The notes under the pieces are model-generated. The model had not been told where the DNA came from. It worked only from the letters and a program-made list of their open reading frames with translations, and made no database searches. From Longimicrobiales bacterium (GTDB taxonomy: Bacteria > Gemmatimonadota > Gemmatimonadetes > Longimicrobiales > Gaopeijiaceae), in assembly GCA_965197725.1 (NCBI GenBank), contig CBDANQ010000017.1, positions 14,220 to 78,219 of the forward strand: a stretch of DNA of 64,000 nt, in the 5' to 3' direction. A program made the translations under genes and the position numbers. How positions within the stretch are numbered: the first letter of the stretch is position 1; every line of letters begins with the position of its first letter. Below are positions 10,801-20,119 of the stretch, piece by piece.

Positions 10801-12380
10801 TCTGCCTGCATATCCGCGATCCACTGGCCCGTTTCCGTTCGCCTCAACCCCCCGCTCACCAGCGCGCGCGAAGTCAGCAACGAGTCTCCCTGGTGCGACG
10901 CGTCGGCAACGAATTGCAGCCCCTCATCCACCCGGCCCAACACTTCGAACGCGAGCGAACCTGATCCACCCAGGGGGACATCCGGGGCGACGACCTCCAG
11001 CAGCTGATAGTTGAGCGGGTCCAAGCGCGCTTCGAAGGTCGTCGCCCCGGGGTTCGTCCCTCCATGCAGAGTGCCGCTGAAGTCCGCGGTCGTCGGAGAA
11101 CCCCCGTACCCGGTCGGGACGAGCGTCATCCGACCGCTCGTCACCACGTCCCTCAGCGTCCCGGAGAAGCGCACTTCCCCGCTGAGCCAACCGTCGAGCG
11201 GAAGATCCCGGCCGATCCAAGGCTCGAGCCGATCGAGGGCGAGCGGGTTCGCCGTCACATCGAGAGCGTCCAACGAGATCTGTTCGCCGAGCACGACCCG
11301 GCCGCCCACTGTGACGCTGCTCGCCTCCAACTCGATGCGGACCTCGTCCAGAACGACCTCCGTCGACCCAGCGACCGCGATGCGGGCACCGCCGCGGAAC
11401 GAACCGGACGGGATGCGGTCGTCCAGCCACTTCAGGTCCTCGAGGTCGCCATCACCCTCGGTGCTCAGCGTGGCAGCGAGCGACCACGGACCATCTAGCT
11501 CACCGGGCCCCGCCGAGATCTCACCTCGCAATACCGTGCCCGGCAGACGAAACCGACCCTCGGAGACGGTGACTCCCGCTGAGCCGTACACGATCTCTCC
11601 GGACGCCTCTTCGAGGCTCACGGGCTCCGCGACGACCGCGACCTTCATGGACAGGGACGTCAGCTGGGCCGCGAAGAGCCGGGCCGCGTTGGAGAGGTCG
11701 AGTAAACCGTTCTCGAGGTCGAGGTCGAGCTCCTCGAAGGCGAGCAGCCTCAGAAGCCCTTCCCCGTCCGGCGACGGCACGGTGACACCTGTGGTGTCGT
11801 CCCCGACGGGAGTGAGCAACCGTACGGTCCCGCCCCGCACCGCAACACGGCCCAATGCGAAGGAAGCGGGCGGAGAGTCCGACTCGGGTTGCCCACCTAC
11901 GACTGGATCGACTTGTGTCTTGAGCACGCTCCGGATGTTCGGGAGCCGCTCGGAGGCGTAGTGGGAGATCTCGAGATCGAGGCCCCAAATGATGACCGAG
12001 GAGAGCCCTCGCCGCTTGGGGTCGAGAAGCTGGAACAGGGAGAAGCCAAGCTCGACGGAGTCCGCAGACAGGAAGCGGCGGCCGTCTTCCGCGTCGAGCT
12101 TGAGGCCCGTCAGCGTCGCGTGGGTCAACAAAGTGCCACTTCGAATTCCGTCCACTATCAGGTCGCCCGCAAGCGAAGCGCGCGCCCGGTCCAGCATCAC
12201 GTCCAGCGCAATGCGTTGGGCGCGGCCCGTCCTCACGAGCATGACGGAGACGCCGAGCAGCGACAGAACCAGGACCGCCGCCACTGCGAACATGCGCCGG
12301 CGCCAGCTCCTCTTCGGGGCTGCCTGGTGAGGCGAGTCGGCGGACTCGGGCGCCGGCGTTGGCCGGCTCGAATCACTCAT
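7872..12380 (-). CDS. tamB: Translocation and assembly module TamB-like protein (C-terminal DUF490)
   Basis: About 1500 aa beta-rich protein with N-terminal TM anchor; C-terminal GSY..LGRRF..G.V.F.G...NPTLDIQA; ATG overlaps the stop of the upstream Omp85 gene. Confidence 0.8.
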   Translation of the reverse strand: MSDSSRPTPAPESADSPHQAAPKRSWRRRMFAVAAVLVLSLLGVSVMLVRTGRAQRIALDVMLDRARASLAGDLIVDGIRSGTLLTHATLTGLKLDAEDGRRFLSADSVELGFSLFQLLDPKRRGLSSVIIWGLDLEISHYASERLPNIRSVLKTQVDPVVGGQPESDSPPASFALGRVAVRGGTVRLLTPVGDDTTGVTVPSPDGEGLLRLLAFEELDLDLENGLLDLSNAARLFAAQLTSLSMKVAVVAEPVSLEEASGEIVYGSAGVTVSEGRFRLPGTVLRGEISAGPGELDGPWSLAATLSTEGDGDLEDLKWLDDRIPSGSFRGGARIAVAGSTEVVLDEVRIELEASSVTVGGRVVLGEQISLDALDVTANPLALDRLEPWIGRDLPLDGWLSGEVRFSGTLRDVVTSGRMTLVPTGYGGSPTTADFSGTLHGGTNPGATTFEARLDPLNYQLLEVVAPDVPLGGSGSLAFEVLGRVDEGLQFVADASHQGDSLLTSRALVSGGLRRTETGQWIADMQADFAPLALRILGQLQPDLELGGEVTGRLRGVGRLRDLQVSGDFDAVGGRIGLDGVVDMRRLGSFYRFDASAESVPLDRFSARLPTRSVWSGTLSVEGRGIRVDSMDAAATLFASRSRIGGLHVDTVTAYLRTSAGILTVDSLDAVLGGVVVSGEGRLGMAAPLDGEAQLTFSTDSLGGLRPLLLGDTVTAKDTLSALESARLRFEGVDVEALPDTADVRMYGAVDGTIRLVGSVDVLDVELDMHVRGAVYGHNRVDSASVHLTADELPDFAGDWDVFLDAFGVEYQGRSFERAHVDAGMTRRRGRVALEVERGLGERLDASGQFDLDSGEGSVRLEEATATLDSLVYFLAHPSRVVWDERSVSIEGLELRRDDHDHMKITADGTLSRSDVSDFDLVIEGLHVERVARVVEFDNVAMSGHLDLTLSVSGPADDPVIEGRFELEEPSLADVPLTRVSGELEYRGKEADVRVEAWEGERRVLSAVGPVPIDLSLAEVERRQVAQPMDLRVVADSLDAAVALAYFGTLEDVVGTVSGEVRLGGTSETPEPEGVITLSTGGWSIEVLGVRHSEVDGTVTLKPDRTAEVDLSLNATGRAEVTGTLILDPVSDPGLDLQFTFEGFQSVQRRDIESRVSGALTLSGRYGRPFVQGDVTVDEAAIFVDEFVRNAEIVDLSNPSLFGADTTVFLTQPLLRDLPFLDYLRAEVTLAVPRATWLRSPEMDVEIGGVLQVRYSRRDRDLVMIGELQALRGSYAVLGRRFQVAGGTVGFPGTPGMNPTLDIQAVSRIRRIEGEPLEVSANVGGTLSLPRVALSTEEAGLVQSDLVSYLVFGHSSAELATGQTAFLEGAAGSVVTFVSGAVASQIGAVLAQGIGVDYLSITQAGDFAFASGLTGSLANTQVEIGQYVGPNTFIVIVFRPLFGQAAGGSFLGGARIEWSLSDDYTVEGFFEDRFLRSGSGGFGRFGVPPPKVVGVFVFRELGR

Positions 12381-14653
12381 CAGAACGCCTGGCCGATCGA
12401 GATGTGGAGTTGGAAGCGTCGCCACGACAGCGCGGACGACTCGCCGAACAAGAAGCTCGGGCGGAGCACCGCGAGTTCGTTCGATCGGACGAACGGGATG
12501 CTCTCTCCATCCACGAGGATCTGGTCCTCAGGCTCGTCCTCCCCGTCTGCAAACGGCCGCAGCTGCGACGTCACGACGGACAGGGCCTGTCCGCTCCTGA
12601 AGCGGTAGGCGAGGTCGACCCGGACCGGGCCGATCGGGCTGAGGAGGCGAATGCCAGTGCCGGGGGTCACATCGAGGTCGCTGAGGACGACCGACTCCGT
12701 CGCACCCCAAAGCTGTCCTGCGTCGACAAAAGTGACGCCTTGTAGGCGGGAGCCAAGCCTGAACCGAACCTCGAGGTTGGCCTCGAGCACTCTGGTACCG
12801 CCGGTCGGGCGGGGCATGAAGCGCCCCTCGTCCAGCCCGCTCGCGTCGCAACTGAGCTCGATCACCTGCTCGGGCGTGCACGCGCTCCCCGCGCTCCTCT
12901 CATCCAGGAGTTGCTCCGGATCGACGGTCAGGACCCTCGGGCCGAGACGGCTTTGCGCGAAGCCGCGTACCGAGTTCGCCCCCCCCGCGTAGAACCGCTT
13001 CTGAGGGTGTACGATGTCGACACCTACACCCGCCCCGACCAGCTCGCTGAACGGCCCGGCTCCGACCCACCCGCCCCGCACCCGGGCTGCCAGCACCCCC
13101 GAGCCTTGGCTGGCGTACCAGGTGCCTTCGGCGACCACGCGATCGTAGCGGAAGTTCGAGCCCGTCCACCAAGCCGCATGCTCGAGGTCGACGACGACGT
13201 TATAGCCGCGCGTAGGATTGAGTGGGTTGTTCGCGAGAATGCGAGTGAAGTTGACGCCTACCGGAGCGAGCCGATTGGAACTCTCCAGGATCTCGATGTC
13301 GTCCGGGGTGCATACCAGGAATCCTGTGCAGAACAGAACGTCAGCTGCATCGAGACGCGACAACTCAGGTCGGTACGAGAGCGTCAGGGGAGTCTGCGGC
13401 CCGATCGCACGGGTCAGCGCGAGATTGAGACCAACCGCACGCCGCACGAAGACATCGGGGAGGCTCTGGCGCTCACTGAACACCGAAGCCACGAACGAAT
13501 TGCGCGTGGAGAAGATCCACGGCTGAGCAAAATCGAGGGCGGCCAGCCAGTTCAACTCGGCGAACGAGCCGCTCCCACTCGACGGACAGAGAATGTCGTG
13601 GAAGTCCGCGGCGAGAAGGTTCGCGACCCGGCCGCGGAGCTGCAGAATACGGCCGCCGCCCATGAAGTTGCGGGCCGTGCTTCGGGACTCGACGTCGAAA
13701 CACTCCGCCGTGCTCCAACCCGCTCCGTAGCGGAGCCGGTATTGATCCCCTTCCTGGACCCGCAGAGTCACGGGAATCACCGAATCGGGAGCGGCCAAAA
13801 GGTCCCGGCGGCGGAGCTCCCACTCGGCGATGGGGATGTCGAACGGTTCCACGCGAGCACTGCTGACGATGTCGAGACCGAACAAGCGGGTCTGCGACTC
13901 CAAGAGTTGGTCCCTTCGGAAGAGGCGACCGGTCCGAATCTGTGCGGTCCGAAGTATCGTCGACTTGCTGAGGTTCTGGTTGTCCGCGATCGTGATCACG
14001 CCGTACTCGGAGAGCGGCCCAGGGTCGACTTCGAACGTCACCGCCGAGCTGTACGGGGCGCCCGCAGGCAGCATGGAGTGTATCAGCACCTCAGCGTAGG
14101 CATATCCGCGATTCTGAAGTCGCCGCTCGAGAGCATCGCGTGTGGCATCGAGCGCGTAGAGGCTCATTCGGTCACCAAGCTCGAGCGGCAGATCCTGCAA
14201 CAGACCGTCCCCGTCCAGGCCTTCGACGCCGAGCACTCCGATACTGTCGACCACGACCGGTAGGCCCTCGACAACTGTGAACGACACATGTGCCCGTCCG
14301 TCCAGCGTGTCGACGACCGGAGGCTCGATGTTCGTCTCACGAAACCCGCGAACCCGATACCAGGCGACCAGACGGATTCCGTCGATCGGGATCTGGGAGT
14401 CGTTCAGGTAGAAACGCTGCACCGCGAAGTCCGCGCCGAAGACGCAAAAGGGGCTGAGTACCGCCGATCGGCACTCGCTTTCTCGGGTTACGATCGCGCG
14501 GGCCAGTGAGTCGTCCGGGAACAACTCGTTCCCGTGGAAGCGGACCGAGGCGATCTCGGTGCGCCTGACCTGAGCCGAGGCAGGCGGCGGCACGAGAGAC
14601 GTGGCTCCGATCAGAGCCCAGGCGAGAATCCGCCCGAGGGCGCACTGGCGCAC
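12380..14653 (-). CDS. Omp85 family outer membrane protein (TamA/BamA-like) with POTRA domains
   Basis: Signal peptide, POTRA-like N-terminus, RFYAGGANSVRGF, SPIGPVRVDLAY, C-terminal HISIGQAF. Confidence 0.88.
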   Translation of the reverse strand: MRQCALGRILAWALIGATSLVPPPASAQVRRTEIASVRFHGNELFPDDSLARAIVTRESECRSAVLSPFCVFGADFAVQRFYLNDSQIPIDGIRLVAWYRVRGFRETNIEPPVVDTLDGRAHVSFTVVEGLPVVVDSIGVLGVEGLDGDGLLQDLPLELGDRMSLYALDATRDALERRLQNRGYAYAEVLIHSMLPAGAPYSSAVTFEVDPGPLSEYGVITIADNQNLSKSTILRTAQIRTGRLFRRDQLLESQTRLFGLDIVSSARVEPFDIPIAEWELRRRDLLAAPDSVIPVTLRVQEGDQYRLRYGAGWSTAECFDVESRSTARNFMGGGRILQLRGRVANLLAADFHDILCPSSGSGSFAELNWLAALDFAQPWIFSTRNSFVASVFSERQSLPDVFVRRAVGLNLALTRAIGPQTPLTLSYRPELSRLDAADVLFCTGFLVCTPDDIEILESSNRLAPVGVNFTRILANNPLNPTRGYNVVVDLEHAAWWTGSNFRYDRVVAEGTWYASQGSGVLAARVRGGWVGAGPFSELVGAGVGVDIVHPQKRFYAGGANSVRGFAQSRLGPRVLTVDPEQLLDERSAGSACTPEQVIELSCDASGLDEGRFMPRPTGGTRVLEANLEVRFRLGSRLQGVTFVDAGQLWGATESVVLSDLDVTPGTGIRLLSPIGPVRVDLAYRFRSGQALSVVTSQLRPFADGEDEPEDQILVDGESIPFVRSNELAVLRPSFLFGESSALSWRRFQLHISIGQAF

Positions 14654-14655
14654 GC

Positions 14656-14838
14656 CTACGTGTCTCCTTGCCGCGGCTCGCCCGACCGCCCGTCGACCTC
14701 CATGCCCAGGGGCTCTCGCGCGAGCAGAAGCCGGGTGAAGTAGAACGTGACGATACCGACGCTCGCCGCTACGGCGGAAGAGATGACGATGGCGCGCAAG
14801 TCCTCACCACGATCGGGGCGATTCCGGAGATAGCGCAC
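14656..14838 (-). CDS. Small single-TM hypothetical protein (60 aa)
   Basis: Fills the gap with 2-nt spacers on both sides; one hydrophobic helix (AIVISSAVAASVGIVTFYF). Confidence 0.55.
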   Translation of the reverse strand: MRYLRNRPDRGEDLRAIVISSAVAASVGIVTFYFTRLLLAREPLGMEVDGRSGEPRQGDT

Positions 14839-14840
14839 CC

Positions 14841-15701
14841 CTACGTCCCGCCCCCACCGAAGCGAGGCGCCGGCTCGGGCATCCCGGAGCGCGCTACGGT
14901 AATCATCTCGCCTGGCTCGAAAGCTGTTCCCCGTGACTCGAAGAAGTGCGGCGTTACGCTGATCCGGTCGTCGAGTACTTCCACCACGTTAGTGCTATTC
15001 CGTCGCGTCTCCTCGCCCCTGCCCCGGCGGGACGTCGTGGTACCCGCCGTGATCAATGGGACACCGGAACCCTCTCCCGGGATCAGGTCTCGCGACGATG
15101 CGACATGCGTCATGTGCAGATGGCCGCCTAGCACGAGGTCCACATCCATTGCCTCGATTTGCTTCAAGATGCGCTTGCCACCCGGTATCGGTGCCACGCC
15201 ATCCTTCCCCGGGGGGCTGATCAGAGGGTGGTGGATGACCAACACGCGCACGCCGCCAGGGCCAGCGTTCTCAAAATTCTTCCGAGCGAACGAGAGTTGT
15301 CCGGATGAGATGCGGCCGTTCACGATCGCCCGAAGAGGAGACGCCGAGTTCAGTCCGACGATCATCGCACCCGCGACACGCGCAACCGAGTCGCGATCGC
15401 GCGGGATCTCACGGCTCGAGTGCCAATACGGCAACAGTATCCGCTCCCAGACGCGGTACAACGGCACGTCGTGGTTGCCGAGCGTCACCACGAGCGGGAC
15501 GGTGGGCAACCGTTGCAGGAATTCCCAGGCCGCCCGAAACTCACGTTGCCTGGCGCGTTGAGTCAGGTCCCCGGACACGACGATGAGGTGCGGCTCCACT
15601 TCGAAGGCGAGCCGCCGAAACGCCTCGGCCGCCCTGGGCCGGAACGGTTTCCCGACCTGCAAGTCCGAAGCGTGCAGAATCTTCAGGGTGCTCGTTCTCA
15701 T
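14841..15701 (-). CDS. Calcineurin-like metallophosphoesterase (CpdA-like)
   Basis: SDLQ, SGDLT, GNHD, HHP, GHLH motifs. Confidence 0.85.
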   Translation of the reverse strand: MRTSTLKILHASDLQVGKPFRPRAAEAFRRLAFEVEPHLIVVSGDLTQRARQREFRAAWEFLQRLPTVPLVVTLGNHDVPLYRVWERILLPYWHSSREIPRDRDSVARVAGAMIVGLNSASPLRAIVNGRISSGQLSFARKNFENAGPGGVRVLVIHHPLISPPGKDGVAPIPGGKRILKQIEAMDVDLVLGGHLHMTHVASSRDLIPGEGSGVPLITAGTTTSRRGRGEETRRNSTNVVEVLDDRISVTPHFFESRGTAFEPGEMITVARSGMPEPAPRFGGGGT

Positions 15702-16546
15702 GACGCGGGAGCAGCCACGTGCTCACGCCGCACGCGAGTCATGCCGATGATTCCGGTCGCCACGATCGCCAGGCTGATGAGTTGAGCGAGTGTGAGTACT
15801 CCGAAGAAGCGGTCGTCCTTAGCCCGCAAGAACTCGACCAGGAAGCGCTCGACTCCCGCGAGCGCCAACCAGAGCATGAAAAGCCATCCGGCAGCACGAC
15901 CGCCGCCGCGGATCTTCCAGAGGAAGAAGAAGATCAGCGCGCTGAGGCCGACCTCGTACAGCTGCGTCGGGTGTACGGGCACGATCTGGCCGTACTTTTC
16001 GACCAACCCGGGGTCCACGGCAATGCCGAGGCGCTCGATGACGTCCACTCGCGTCGGCGGAGTTCCGCGCGGGAACGCGATGCCGAGCCAAGAGTCGGTG
16101 GGACGGCCCCAGTCGTCTCCGACGAGGAAGCAGCCTATGCGCCCGACCGCATAGGCGAGCGCCAGCGCGGGCGCGATGACGTCCGCCGACCTCGGCAAGG
16201 ACAGTTTCTGGCGCCTGATTTCCCAAATGACGAGGGCGGTCGCCAGCAGAAACCCCCCGTACCAGACCAGGCCACCGCGCGAGAGGAGCAACCCGGCCGG
16301 GTCGCTGGCAAGCCTCTCATGGTTGAGAAGCACATAGTAGAGCTTGGCGCCCGCGATGCCCCCCACGACACCCATGAACACCAGGTCCCACGCCTTGTCC
16401 GGATCCTCGCCCATTTCGCGCAGGCCGGCGCGGATGACGTAGCCACCCGTGAGGAAGGCGAAAAGCATAAAGACCCCAAACGAGGTGATCGCCTCACCGC
16501 CGAGCAGCGGGAACCAGTCCGGAAGATTGAATATGACGGGATACAT
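15698..16546 (-). CDS. lgt: Prolipoprotein diacylglyceryl transferase
   Basis: GGLVWYGG, GRIGCFL.GDDWG, VHPTQLYE, RFLVEFLR. Confidence 0.9.
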   Translation of the reverse strand: MYPVIFNLPDWFPLLGGEAITSFGVFMLFAFLTGGYVIRAGLREMGEDPDKAWDLVFMGVVGGIAGAKLYYVLLNHERLASDPAGLLLSRGGLVWYGGFLLATALVIWEIRRQKLSLPRSADVIAPALALAYAVGRIGCFLVGDDWGRPTDSWLGIAFPRGTPPTRVDVIERLGIAVDPGLVEKYGQIVPVHPTQLYEVGLSALIFFFLWKIRGGGRAAGWLFMLWLALAGVERFLVEFLRAKDDRFFGVLTLAQLISLAIVATGIIGMTRVRREHVAAPAS

Positions 16547-16603
16547 GTGCCTAACGTGGCGGGACGGAATGTCGACCGGAACAGGCTAGCCGCCAGTAGC
16601 CAC

Positions 16604-17665
16604 TCACGCGACACCCCGCGCAAGGCCGGGGAAAACAAAGCCCGCCGAAGCCGACAGATCGCGGGGCGCCGCGCCACCCTCGTCGAAGCGGAACCGGGCG
16701 GCGCGGGCTACCATGGCGCCGTTGTCCGCCGAGAGTCTTGGAGACGCGAAGAAGAGCCGTCCCTCCCCCTCGAGCCTCAGTTCGAGTTCGTCGCGCAGGC
16801 GCTGGTTGGCGCTCACACCTCCACCGATCAGCACGCGACGGCAACCTGTCTCAGCCACCGCGCGCAAAGTCTTCGTGGCGAGCACATCGATCGCGGCCTC
16901 CTGGAACGCCGCTGCAACGTGCGGTCTTTGAGGCCCGAGCACGCCATCAGCGTTCAGACCACGGACGAGCTCGACTGTCGCGGTCTTCAGACCACTGAAC
17001 GAGAAATCGTAATAACCGGGATCCCCAGGTCGTTGGTTACGACGCACCATGGGCCGCGGCAGTCGGTGCCGTGTGCGCTCAGCTGCCTCAGCCAAGCGCT
17101 GGATCTCCGGGCCGCCGGGATAGGGGAGATCGAGCAGCTTCGCGACCTTGTCGAACGCCTCGCCCGCGGCGTCGTCGCGGGTCTCGCCCAGCAGAACGTA
17201 CTCTCCCCAGGCCAGGACATGGAGCAGCATCGTATGTCCACCCGACACCAGAAGCGCGATGAAGGGAGGCTCCGCGCGCGGGTCCTCGAGCGAGGGAGCG
17301 AACAGGTGCGCCTCCATGTGGTGAACCGCAACGAACGGGCGACCCAGCGCGAACGCAACGGCCTTCGCCCAACAGACCCCGACGAGCAGCGCGCCGATCA
17401 ATCCCGGGCCAGCCGTCGCCCCGATGAGGTCGACACGGTCTAGGGTCATCCCCGCCCGCGAGAGCGTCTCGTCCACGACAGAGTCGATCTTCTGCAGGTG
17501 GGCTCTGGCAGCGAGCTCCGGTATGACACCGCCATAAATCTCGTGATCGTCCTGCGACAGAATGACGTGGCCGAGGATGCGGTTGTCGCCATCGAGCACC
17601 GCCGCTGCGGTCTCATCGCACGACGTCTCGAGCCCCAGCACATAAGGCGCTCGCGGCTCGCTCAT
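16604..17665 (-). CDS. tsaD: tRNA t6A threonylcarbamoyltransferase subunit
   Basis: LGLETSCDET, GGVIPELAARAH, HHMEAH, SGGHT, DDAAGEAFDK, FSFSGLKT, DNGAM. Confidence 0.96.
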   Translation of the reverse strand: MSEPRAPYVLGLETSCDETAAAVLDGDNRILGHVILSQDDHEIYGGVIPELAARAHLQKIDSVVDETLSRAGMTLDRVDLIGATAGPGLIGALLVGVCWAKAVAFALGRPFVAVHHMEAHLFAPSLEDPRAEPPFIALLVSGGHTMLLHVLAWGEYVLLGETRDDAAGEAFDKVAKLLDLPYPGGPEIQRLAEAAERTRHRLPRPMVRRNQRPGDPGYYDFSFSGLKTATVELVRGLNADGVLGPQRPHVAAAFQEAAIDVLATKTLRAVAETGCRRVLIGGGVSANQRLRDELELRLEGEGRLFFASPRLSADNGAMVARAARFRFDEGGAAPRDLSASAGFVFPGLARGVA

Positions 17666-18642
17666 CTTCCGTCCCTTGCGCCACCCACGTCCTGGTCCGC
17701 CGCTCTACGCACGGTGACGATGTCGGGCTCCGGCACGGCGGTGACGAGTTCCGGCACGCCTTCGAGGCGGACTCGCACTTGCCTCTCTTCGCCCTGGGCC
17801 ATTCCCTGCAGCTTCTCGGGCCGCACCCAGATACGCACAAGGTTAGGGTCGAGAGCGGTGACCAGCGTTCGCGCTCCGGTGAGCTGGACCGCGATGGCGA
17901 GCGGATCGACGATCAGCTCGGCCCCGACGCCTTCGGCGTCCACCCGGACCAGCAGCGCTGGCAGAGTCCGCACGACCTGGTCTTCGACGCGAACGGTGAG
18001 CGTGGGTGTCGCGGGGACCACGATCGCGCCCACGAATCCGGTGGTGTCGATCTGCACGTTGAAGATCCCGGACTGCTCCACCGACTGCAGGTCGAACGGC
18101 ACGAGCGGCACCGAGTCCAGCCCAGCCAATCGGCTGGCCGCACCCCGGATACGCACGGAGCTCGGGCTCAACACGAGCTGGGACGCCAGCGCCAGGTGAC
18201 TCGGCACTTCGCCTCGTACGCGCAGGGCTAGGGGAAGCGTCACCGTGATGGCCGGCTCGAGCGACACCCTGATGTTGGCAGGCGAGACCGACACGACCGT
18301 GAGCCCGGTTCCCTCCCCGAGCCCGACCCATTCGCGGCGCAGCGAAATGACCGTGTCGGGAGAGCCCACCGACTCGAGGGGGACGCGTAAGGTGGTGCGG
18401 GCTCGAGCGAGTCGGAAGATCTCACGAGCGGGGCCCCCGAGTCGCAGTTCCGCCACCGCGGGGGTCGGAGGACCGGCCAGGGTCCAGGCGCTGTCTGCGA
18501 CCTCGACCAGAATCGGGATCGAAGAGAACGTCTCACTGTTACGGGGCTCGGTCTGCACCAGCCACCATAGGAAGATCGCGAGCCCCAGAGCGGACAGCTT
18601 CAGGCGCCAGTTGTAGAGCACGGCACCGGCTGCGCGAGCCAT
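17662..18642 (-). CDS. YbbR/CdaR-like domain protein
   Basis: NWRLKLSALGLAIFLW N-terminal anchor followed by repeated beta domains (P..V.I.G). Confidence 0.7.
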   Translation of the reverse strand: MARAAGAVLYNWRLKLSALGLAIFLWWLVQTEPRNSETFSSIPILVEVADSAWTLAGPPTPAVAELRLGGPAREIFRLARARTTLRVPLESVGSPDTVISLRREWVGLGEGTGLTVVSVSPANIRVSLEPAITVTLPLALRVRGEVPSHLALASQLVLSPSSVRIRGAASRLAGLDSVPLVPFDLQSVEQSGIFNVQIDTTGFVGAIVVPATPTLTVRVEDQVVRTLPALLVRVDAEGVGAELIVDPLAIAVQLTGARTLVTALDPNLVRIWVRPEKLQGMAQGEERQVRVRLEGVPELVTAVPEPDIVTVRRAADQDVGGARDGR

Positions 18643-18651
18643 CGGTGGCGG

Positions 18652-19209
18652 CTAACTGCCAAGGAGCCGGCGGATGAGCTCCTCGTTCACAGGGGCATCC
18701 CACTCGGTCGGCCCCGCGATCTTCTTCACGATCATGCCTTGCCTGTCGATCACGAAGCTCTCGGGTACACCCGTTGTCTGATAGACTCGCTGGATGTCAC
18801 CCGCAGGGTTGTGGAGGATCGGGAACGTGAGCCCAAGGTCTCGGGCGAAGGCCTCCAGATCCCCCCCGGGCCGCCCCGCCAGATCCGTCTCGCCGATGCG
18901 GGCATCGACACTCACCGCGAGAATCTCGAAGTCGGTGCCCTCCAGAGCCTCGTAGAGGCGCTGCATTGCCGGCATCTCTTGTAGGCAGGGACCGCACCAA
19001 GTCGCCCACAGGTTCAACAGCACGACCTTGCCGCGGTACTGCTCAACGGTCTCGGTCGATCCATCCATGGCCGTCATTGCGAAGTCCGGCGCCACGGAGC
19101 CCGTGATGACGGGCCGATAACTCTCCCGACCCGCCCACGCCGCAGTCACCACGGCGGCAACCCCGAGCAGGGCCCAGAGATACGGCGAGCGAACAAAACT
19201 GCGCTTCAT
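18652..19209 (-). CDS. TlpA/ResA-like thiol-disulfide oxidoreductase
   Basis: N-terminal TM; LNLWATWCGPC; GVPESFVID. Confidence 0.9.
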   Translation of the reverse strand: MKRSFVRSPYLWALLGVAAVVTAAWAGRESYRPVITGSVAPDFAMTAMDGSTETVEQYRGKVVLLNLWATWCGPCLQEMPAMQRLYEALEGTDFEILAVSVDARIGETDLAGRPGGDLEAFARDLGLTFPILHNPAGDIQRVYQTTGVPESFVIDRQGMIVKKIAGPTEWDAPVNEELIRRLLGS

Positions 19210-19285
19210 CAGACGTCTCGGAAAGCCTTGTGGGACAACGGTTCACCGACCCTCACGGGGCCTCGAATGCTACGGTCCAAGGGAG

Positions 19286-20119
19286 TCAATGTTCCGTCTG
19301 CCTCCCCCGCCGTCCAACGGACAGTTGAACTTCGGATCCACGCTCAAGTTCGATGTCCACCGCAGGTTCCTGCTCCACCACGATGCCTTGGTCACGGCCG
19401 AACCGGAAGACCTCCTGCACATCGGACACCACAAGCCCGAGAGAATCGAGCAGCTGCACGGCTTCTTCCTCCGCCAGCCCGAGCACGAGAGGCATCGGAA
19501 CGAGCGGTGTGCCCGTGCTGACGACCATGCGGATTCCGGCCGGCAACGCCACGATGGTATCCGCGGGCGGAAAGATCTCCACGACGCGTCCGCGCGGTAC
19601 CTCGGACTGCGCGGTATCGATCAAGACCACAAAACCACTGCTCTCCAAAACGATGCGGGCACGGTCCTCGTCGAGCATCGTTACGTCCGGCACCGACCGC
19701 ATCTGCGGGCCGAGGCTGACGGTAACACGCACGGGGCTGTCGGGTGTCGCGACCTGCCCTGGAAGCGGCGACTGGCCGACGATCAGTGCCCGGGGGACGA
19801 CGGGGTGCAACAGAGAGTCGATCGCACCCAACCGGAGCCCCGCGCCCGCGAGCCGCTCGCGGGCGCTCGCGAGCCCGAGGTTACGGATATCCGGGACCTC
19901 GAACAGGTCGCCCGGCGGGGGAGGCGCGGGAAAGAGCAGTTGGGTAGAGATCACGTATCCGCCTATCCAACCGAGAATCGCTAGACCCCCGAGCGCGGCG
20001 AACAAACGCGAACCGACTTCAGGGGAACGCCAGCCGCGCTTCTTCGACTTAGCGGCAGCCCGCGAGGGACGTCTACCCCGCCCACCGCGCCGCCGAGCGA
20101 GCGAGCCGCCGAGCCTCAT
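19286..20119 (-). CDS. PASTA-domain membrane protein (3 PASTA domains, no kinase domain)
   Basis: Basic N-terminus, TM, three VP(D/L)..G/L..A...L...G repeats with Q.P motifs. Confidence 0.8.
   Translation of the reverse strand: MRLGGSLARRRGGRGRRPSRAAAKSKKRGWRSPEVGSRLFAALGGLAILGWIGGYVISTQLLFPAPPPPGDLFEVPDIRNLGLASARERLAGAGLRLGAIDSLLHPVVPRALIVGQSPLPGQVATPDSPVRVTVSLGPQMRSVPDVTMLDEDRARIVLESSGFVVLIDTAQSEVPRGRVVEIFPPADTIVALPAGIRMVVSTGTPLVPMPLVLGLAEEEAVQLLDSLGLVVSDVQEVFRFGRDQGIVVEQEPAVDIELERGSEVQLSVGRRGRQTEH

Noticed and set aside
15719..17443. 574-aa plus-strand ORF, and similar long ORFs at 12911-14263, 27819-29018, 54767-56320 and 58856-60424
   Set aside because: Antisense shadows of well-supported minus-strand genes; Arg/Gly-rich with no motifs; expected in high-GC DNA
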